DNA from: Candidatus Nomurabacteria bacterium RIFCSPLOWO2_01_FULL_39_18
Lineage (GTDB): Bacteria; Patescibacteriota; Minisyncoccia; Phycocordibacterales; UBA9973
Assembly (NCBI GenBank): GCA_001787005.1
Contig: MFUV01000004.1
Location: 105,770 to 169,769, forward strand
Length of the DNA stretch: 64,000 nt
Direction: 5' to 3'
A model generated the notes under the pieces. That model was not told the origin of the DNA. It searched no databases and saw only the letters and a list, made by a program, of their open reading frames with translations. Position 1 is the first letter of the stretch, and every line of letters begins with the position of its first letter. Below are positions 58,595 to 64,000 of this stretch, in pieces. The position numbers and the translations under genes were made by a program.

Positions 58595-59302
58595 TTATAT
58601 TTTTGGTTCATGACGAAGCGCACCAAAGAGATATTTGTGTTCTATCATAAAACCAAGATTCAGGATATGCTTCTTTTCCAAGAAGGACAGAAGGTTGTTG
58701 ACTAATACAAAAGAGACACAGATACCAATCGCAAATAATGTGCGCTCAAGTGCCACAATTGGTATAAGCGATATCCAAACCGGCGCTGGTAGTGCAAAAA
58801 ACCATATCCACAAAGCACCACCGACTGCGTGAGCACTAAAAGTAGCACCAAGCGCTCGCGCTAGAAGAAATCTGTCGCGGAAAAAATAGGCAACAATCGG
58901 AATTGTCCAGAAAAGAGCAAAGTACCAAACGGTTCGGCCAATGGGATGAACAACGAAAGCAATAATCGCAAGCATTGGAATAATTAGATTTAATTTTCCT
59001 TTCCGGGTAAAATACAGCACTGCAAAAAGCATCGGCAAAAAACGAATAATTGTTCCAACATCCTCTATCATCGCTCCATGAAATAAAAAGTTGATAAACT
59101 GCATCAAAAACACTGCTATTACGCCTGGTAAACTGCCTATAAAAGCTCCTGCTACTGGTGCAAAAGCATCATACACCATGAATTTCGCTTTTGATCCTTC
59201 CAATTGGGTTATTGGAATTTGTAAAGCAATAAATCCTAAAACTGTAAAAATAACAACAAAAAGAATGTTTCTTTTTGTAAAATATTGTTTAATGTTTGAC
59301 AT
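58595..59302 (-). CDS. polytopic membrane protein (possible small transporter component)
   Basis: 6-7 hydrophobic helices. Confidence 0.35.
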   Translation of the reverse strand: MSNIKQYFTKRNILFVVIFTVLGFIALQIPITQLEGSKAKFMVYDAFAPVAGAFIGSLPGVIAVFLMQFINFLFHGAMIEDVGTIIRFLPMLFAVLYFTRKGKLNLIIPMLAIIAFVVHPIGRTVWYFALFWTIPIVAYFFRDRFLLARALGATFSAHAVGGALWIWFFALPAPVWISLIPIVALERTLFAIGICVSFVLVNNLLSFLEKKHILNLGFMIEHKYLFGALRHEPKI

Positions 59303-59327
59303 ATTGATATATTAGCACAATTACTTG

Positions 59328-59753
59328 CTATTTTACTACCTCAATGCCCATTGATCGAGCAGAACCGGCGATGATGTTAATGGCGCCCTCGTCGTCTTTA
59401 GCATTCAGATCTGCCCTTTTCTTATTGGCAATTTCTAGTGCTTGCGCTCGAGTAATTTTTCCAGCTTTCATCGCAATGTTTTTGCCGGAACCTTTTTCTA
59501 CCCCAGCCACTTTTAGAATAAGCCCTGTAACGGGCGGAGTTTTCACCACGAAATCATAGCTTCGATCTTCATAGACAGTAATAGAAACTCCCACTTTGTC
59601 TCCTGCCATCTTTGATGTTGCCGCATTGAATTTAGTGACGAAATCACCAATATTAATACCAGCCTGACCAAGCGCGGGGCCCAAGGGCGGCGCAGGAGTA
59701 GCTTTTGCAGCCTGAATTTGAAGTTTTATTTTTTTGGTTATCTTTTTTGCCAT
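59328..59753 (-). CDS. rplK: 50S ribosomal protein L11
   Basis: 141 aa; [14 protein letters not shown]. Confidence 0.95.
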   Translation of the reverse strand: MAKKITKKIKLQIQAAKATPAPPLGPALGQAGINIGDFVTKFNAATSKMAGDKVGVSITVYEDRSYDFVVKTPPVTGLILKVAGVEKGSGKNIAMKAGKITRAQALEIANKKRADLNAKDDEGAINIIAGSARSMGIEVVK

Positions 59754-59771
59754 TTAAGTTTAAAGATTAGC

Positions 59772-60317
59772 TTATATTTTCTTAACTTGCAAGAAATCTA
59801 ATTCAACTGGGGTTTCACGACCAAACATTGAGACAAGTACCTTTATCTTGCCTCGTTCTTGATCCACGGAATTAATTTTCCCTTCTAGATCTTTAAACGG
59901 ACCATCTATGATTAGAATACTTTCTCCGGGGGCCATATCAATGTTGTGCTTAATAGTGCCAGCATTCATTTTCTTAAATAAATAATCCACTTCTTCCCCT
60001 TTAAGAGGAACGGGGTTGACTCCCGCGCCAACGAAACCAGTAACCCTAGGGGTGTTGCGTACAACATACCAAGAGTCGTCGGTGACGATCATATCTACCA
60101 ATACGTAACCTGGATAAATTTTTTCTTCCACTTCCACGCGCTTGCTTCCCTTTATTTTTATCTTTTTTTCAACTGGCACAATAACGTTGAAAATTTTATC
60201 GTGCATGCCCAAAGAATCAATACGCTGTTTTAGATTTCGCAAAACAACATTTTCATAACCAGCATATGTATGGATTGCGTACCAATTTCTCGCTCCCTGT
60301 GTTTCTTGTTTTGACAT
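59772..60317 (-). CDS. nusG: transcription termination/antitermination factor NusG
   Basis: NGN + KOW domains; WYAIHTYAGYEN. Confidence 0.9.
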   Translation of the reverse strand: MSKQETQGARNWYAIHTYAGYENVVLRNLKQRIDSLGMHDKIFNVIVPVEKKIKIKGSKRVEVEEKIYPGYVLVDMIVTDDSWYVVRNTPRVTGFVGAGVNPVPLKGEEVDYLFKKMNAGTIKHNIDMAPGESILIIDGPFKDLEGKINSVDQERGKIKVLVSMFGRETPVELDFLQVKKI

Positions 60318-60323
60318 GAATTT

Positions 60324-60370
60324 AAATTACGAGTTATTAATTACGAATTTCAAATTATTAATTCGTAATT
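60324..60370 (-). promoter_or_regulatory. conserved leader element upstream of nusG (same module as upstream of rplT)
   Basis: On the minus strand: AATTACGAAT-N12-ATTCGTAATT then ACTCGTAATTTA 8 nt before the ATG. Confidence 0.5.
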
Positions 60371-60371
60371 C

Positions 60372-60557
60372 TTAATTGCCAATCAACTTCTCTAAGCCCT
60401 TTGAAAAAATAAAGTCAAAAATACCCAGATAATAAGCAACTAGAACAGACAGCACGATAACTATCAGAGTATAAGAAAAGATTTGGCTTTTTTTCGGCCA
60501 TATTACATGCTTCAGTTCTGTTTTTGTTTCTTTCAAATATTCAGTAATTTTTGACAT
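60372..60557 (-). CDS. secE: preprotein translocase SecE
   Basis: 61 aa, single TM; secE-nusG-rplK order. Confidence 0.7.
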   Translation of the reverse strand: MSKITEYLKETKTELKHVIWPKKSQIFSYTLIVIVLSVLVAYYLGIFDFIFSKGLEKLIGN

Positions 60558-60680
60558 TTTTTAAAAAAGCCCCCTTCAGGGCTTTCTTAAGAGTAACATT
60601 CTGAAGATTAAAAAGCAAATACTCAACTCACCTCACCCCTCCGCCCCTCTCCTTGCCAAGGAGAGGGGTTGGGGAGAGGT

Positions 60681-61478
60681 CTACCTTATTTCATAAGTAA
60701 TATTCACATCCGAACTTATGGTATTCTCCCCCTTCGGAACTTCTGCCGGAGCAGATGCCCCGCTATCAGAGGACATCATTTCAGCCTTGCCATAATACAT
60801 TGGCATCGGATAATTGCCATTCTCGCTAAAATTTACAATTTTTCCTAATTTCACACCCAAATCCCTCGATAAAACTTTGGCTTTTTCTTTTGCGTCATTA
60901 ATCGCTTCTTTTCTTGCTTGCGCCTTCAATGCATCTTCATCATCTATGGAAAAATTAGGACCGCTTAAATCACTGACACCCAAGCCCCCCAGCCCTTGCA
61001 TGATTTTGCCAACATCGTCAGTGTTGCGAACTTTCACCGTGATACTTTCATACGCTTCATAACCGGAAATCACATTCTTCCCCGGACGAGGCGGACAACC
61101 CCACTCACTACAAGGTATCATTATTTGATTGTCATATTTATATTCATATTTTGGATTAAAAGAAACATTTGTGGTTTTGATATCTTTTTCCGCTATGCCG
61201 TTCGCCTTCAAAAAATCCAGCGAATTTTTCTCAACTTTCGCTACGGCTTCCTGCGCTTCTTTGACCGTTTTGCCATCTTTTCTGATAGTGAAATAAACAT
61301 TGGCAATGTCGGGCACGGCAGAAATCTCTCCATGTCCCGAGAGGGTAATGCTGTTATATCCACCCGACATGCGATAAGACTTCCATTCAGAAACTAGTTT
61401 CACTGCAAAAAACAATGAAATAATAATAATAAAACCCAAGCCCGCTCTATATAGATTTTTTATGTATTCATTCGGCAT
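60681..61478 (-). CDS. SIMPL-domain (DUF541) protein
   Basis: N-terminal TM followed by a SIMPL-like repeat architecture. Confidence 0.6.
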   Translation of the reverse strand: MPNEYIKNLYRAGLGFIIIISLFFAVKLVSEWKSYRMSGGYNSITLSGHGEISAVPDIANVYFTIRKDGKTVKEAQEAVAKVEKNSLDFLKANGIAEKDIKTTNVSFNPKYEYKYDNQIMIPCSEWGCPPRPGKNVISGYEAYESITVKVRNTDDVGKIMQGLGGLGVSDLSGPNFSIDDEDALKAQARKEAINDAKEKAKVLSRDLGVKLGKIVNFSENGNYPMPMYYGKAEMMSSDSGASAPAEVPKGENTISSDVNITYEIR

Positions 61479-61504
61479 ACAAGTAATTATATATAGCTAA
61501 AAAA

Positions 61505-62536
61505 TTAAATCAAGTTGACTTCTGGAATAAGTTTAATCTTAAATTTATCGAAAACTGAATTAGTTATCTTCTCCGCCAAATTTTTAATTTCTTCTCCGCT
61601 TGCTCCGCCATAATTCACAATCACTAACGCTTGTCTCTCGTGTACCCCCACATTGCCTAACTTATACCCCTTCCAGCTTGTCCCATTTGCGGGACCGCAT
61701 TGTTCAATCAACCAAGCAGATGGAATTTTTGTCAGGTTGTCTTCTCTAAAATGCGGCATATCCGGATATTTCTGGAGAAGGTTTTTTAACTTTTCCTGTT
61801 CCATAAAAATATTTTTGAAAAAACTGCCGGCATTGCCGATAATTTTAGGATCTGGTAATTTGTTTTTACGAATCATTGTTACCGCATCGCTTATGTCTCT
61901 GGGGCTTTTTATTATAATTTTGTTTTTTTCTAGATATTCTTGTAGAATTTTATAGCTTATATTTTTCTTCTCAATTTTGCTTAATTTTAAAGTTATGGCA
62001 AAAATAAAATACTTCTCTTTTAATTCATTTTTAAAAATGCTGTCTCGATAGCCTAATTCACATTCGTCTCTAGTAAAAATTCTTTTTGTCCCGTCCTCGG
62101 TAGAAAAAGTCTCTACATTTTCTAAAATATTTTTGAGTTCTGCCCCGTAGGCACCAACATTCTGCATCGGGGCGGCTCCTACGGTTCCTGGAATAAATGC
62201 TAAATTTTCAATCCCCCAATACTCACGATCAACAGCAAAGAGAACTAGATCATGCCAGATTTCTCCAGACATCGCGCGGATCAAAACCTCGGTCGTAGTT
62301 TCGCTTAAAACTTCAATGCCTTTCAGGTTATTTAGAACAACCAAGCCATCAAGATCACCGGTGAATAGAACATTGCTACCTCCGCCAAGAAATATTTTCT
62401 TATTTTCTTTAAACTCCGGCAGGGCAAAAAGCTCCGTCAGGTCTGCGGGATCGTTTATTTCGGTAAAAAGTTTGGCACGAGCAGACACCCCAAAAGTATT
62501 TAATTCAGTCAGATCGTAATCTCGGTAAATTTTCAT
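61505..62536 (-). CDS. murB: UDP-N-acetylenolpyruvoylglucosamine reductase
   Basis: FAD-binding GGGSNVLF; C-terminal MurB domain. Confidence 0.85.
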   Translation of the reverse strand: MKIYRDYDLTELNTFGVSARAKLFTEINDPADLTELFALPEFKENKKIFLGGGSNVLFTGDLDGLVVLNNLKGIEVLSETTTEVLIRAMSGEIWHDLVLFAVDREYWGIENLAFIPGTVGAAPMQNVGAYGAELKNILENVETFSTEDGTKRIFTRDECELGYRDSIFKNELKEKYFIFAITLKLSKIEKKNISYKILQEYLEKNKIIIKSPRDISDAVTMIRKNKLPDPKIIGNAGSFFKNIFMEQEKLKNLLQKYPDMPHFREDNLTKIPSAWLIEQCGPANGTSWKGYKLGNVGVHERQALVIVNYGGASGEEIKNLAEKITNSVFDKFKIKLIPEVNLI

Positions 62537-62537
62537 A

Positions 62538-63068
62538 TTACAAGATCTCTTTTTCCAGTCTTTTTTCTATCTCTTCTTCACTCAGTGGGCGTAGCATCTT
62601 CCGCAGCTCTGGATCTTCTGATAAATCTATTCCTTGCTTCTCGAGCAGGAGAGACATCATCTTCATAAGTTTGGTAACTTCTCGTTCTGAAATGAGATTT
62701 AATTGCAGATGAGTTTCTTCTCGCAAGTCGTCTACTTTGGCCGTGCGGTTTTGCGAGATAAGCACGAAAATCGCGAGGATGATCGCCTCGAGGGACACTA
62801 TGTTGGTCAGTAGATTGAAAGGAAAAGGATCAAATGGGGGGACAGACGCTATTTGGTTAGTATTGATAAGTATCCAACCAATGAATAAAAATACGTTGAA
62901 CAATAAAAAGGTGTTGCTCCCGAAATTCTCCGTCATGAAGTCCGCCATTTTTTCCGTAATCGTCCGCCGGGCATCTGCCTTCGCCTTAATGCTACGAAAG
63001 ACTCTTTTACGGGCTTCTTCATTCTCGCCAAAGAGTAACTTCAAAAATGAAATATTATTATTAGCCAT
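62538..63068 (-). CDS. DUF1003-family membrane protein
   Basis: Two TM helices, then charged coiled-coil C-terminus. Confidence 0.5.
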   Translation of the reverse strand: MANNNISFLKLLFGENEEARKRVFRSIKAKADARRTITEKMADFMTENFGSNTFLLFNVFLFIGWILINTNQIASVPPFDPFPFNLLTNIVSLEAIILAIFVLISQNRTAKVDDLREETHLQLNLISEREVTKLMKMMSLLLEKQGIDLSEDPELRKMLRPLSEEEIEKRLEKEIL

Positions 63069-63074
63069 TATTCT

Positions 63075-64000
63075 CTAATTATACAATTTCTGTATCTTTT
63101 CAGCCAGCTCATAACTATTCCCGTGCCCAATTAACCCTAAATAAGATTGAATCGTTTCTGGTTTTGGATCGTCGCCCACATTTTTTAACATTCTTCGCTT
63201 TGTACTCGTCCTTAAAACTCTATGATGAGCAAAGTGTACCCAACCAAGGAAATCAATGCCGGAAGCAATGGTTTTGATAAAAACTTTATCTGGATGTAAT
63301 TGTAATTTAAGCTTTTCTTCTAAAAATTTAGAGATTTTAGGTAAAATATTTTCTAGACACATTCTGTTCGGCCCTAAAATGACAAAATCATCTGCGTATC
63401 GGATATAGTATTTCACTTTCAATTCCCTTTTCATGAACTGATCAAATTCATTCATGTAGATATTCACAAGAAGCTGACTGGTAAGATTCCCGAGTGGCAA
63501 CCCCTTTTTGCATATATCAGCTAAAGCGTAAATGTGTATTTTGGAAGAAAAACTATCTAAAACTTGCGACAGTAACCAAAGAAGGTTTTTGTCTCTTATA
63601 TGTTTTTCTAAAATTTTCTTCAAAATTCGATGATCAATATTCGCAAAGAATTTTTTAATGTCGCATTTCAATACCCAACATGTTTGTGTATTGTTTTTTG
63701 AAACTTTTCGGAAAAAGCTTCGAAACCTGTTTATGGCCTTGTGTGTACCTTTATTTATCCTGCAAGAATAGGAGTCATAGATAAACTTGGAGTCGAAATA
63801 TTCATAAAGCTCCTGGTATATTAGATGGTGAAGTATTCTATCTCTAACCGTCGCTTTGTGTATTTGCCTCGGTTTCGGATCAGAAATGTTGAAAGCTGTA
63901 TAGCTCCCATGTTTATAGGTTTTGTTTTTTAAGTCATTATATAAATCAAAAATATTGTCCATCAACTTAGCTTGAAATAAGATAACATCTTTGCGACCTT
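63075..64000 (-). CDS. diversity-generating retroelement (DGR) reverse transcriptase, Brt-like; N-terminus runs off the window
   Basis: KTYKHGSYTAFNISDPKPRQIHKATVRDRILHHL (near Brt N-term), DIKKFFANIDH, GLPLGNLTSQLLVNIYM (DGR-specific SQ motif 4), YIRYADDFVIL; frame stays open to 64000. Confidence 0.8.
   Translation of the reverse strand, partial: GRKDVILFQAKLMDNIFDLYNDLKNKTYKHGSYTAFNISDPKPRQIHKATVRDRILHHLIYQELYEYFDSKFIYDSYSCRINKGTHKAINRFRSFFRKVSKNNTQTCWVLKCDIKKFFANIDHRILKKILEKHIRDKNLLWLLSQVLDSFSSKIHIYALADICKKGLPLGNLTSQLLVNIYMNEFDQFMKRELKVKYYIRYADDFVILGPNRMCLENILPKISKFLEEKLKLQLHPDKVFIKTIASGIDFLGWVHFAHHRVLRTSTKRRMLKNVGDDPKPETIQSYLGLIGHGNSYELAEKIQKLYN

Noticed and set aside
1-64000. CRISPR array or cas genes associated with the Cas2-like proteins
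   Set aside because: No direct-repeat/spacer array and no cas1 or other cas genes are visible. The Cas2-like fold is interpreted as a PaaX_C/VapD-type domain, not a CRISPR component.
63966-64000. DGR template repeat in the last 35 nt
   Set aside because: This is still RT coding sequence (frame open to the edge). TR/VR cannot be assessed within the window.

Overview
AT-rich, gene-dense bacterial window, almost certainly from a Candidate Phyla Radiation (Patescibacteria-like) genome. Supporting traits: spc operon without L30, weak or absent Shine-Dalgarno sequences, GTG/TTG starts, compact genes, and a tRNA-Ile with a UAU anticodon.

Content by region:
- 1-6 kb (+ strand): a type IV pilus locus with PilB and PilC, four short pilin-like genes, and a 482-aa pilin with an LVIVD-repeat domain, ending in a strong terminator.
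- 6-10.4 kb: a ~1100-aa secreted beta-helix plus LCAT-like lipase protein and a small membrane protein, bracketed by three copies of a 20-bp perfect palindrome and followed by a Cas2/PaaX_C-like small gene.
- 10.4-21 kb: recG (carrying an in-frame palindromic repeat insertion), tRNA-Ile(UAU), ftsH, tmRNA-smpB, infC-rpmI-rplT, a beta-CASP RNase and a LOG-family protein.
- 21.5-29 kb (- strand): an unusual operon of adk-map, a 921-aa HerA/VirD4-like P-loop ATPase, CYTH, ndk, CYTH, a hypothetical and CYTH, plus a divergent adenylate-kinase paralog.
- 29.2-29.8 kb: a wHTH plus Cas2-like regulator flanked by a 38-bp perfect palindrome and a cognate imperfect one.
- 30-43 kb (- strand): secY and the spc/S10 ribosomal operon, with a ~1-kb GC-rich cassette of tiny Arg-rich ORFs, promoters and terminators inserted between rpsS and rplB, then tuf.
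- 43-60.6 kb: a sigma factor, pyrFED, fusA-rpsG-rpsL, thyA-folA-dCMP deaminase, MazG-like, a CofE-like plus ATP-grasp pair, and rplK-nusG-secE.
- 60.7-64 kb: SIMPL, murB, DUF1003 and, at the window edge, a Brt-like DGR reverse transcriptase whose N-terminus runs out of the window.

Throughout, intergenic regions carry several families of GC-rich hairpin or inverted-repeat elements, some abutting start or stop codons.
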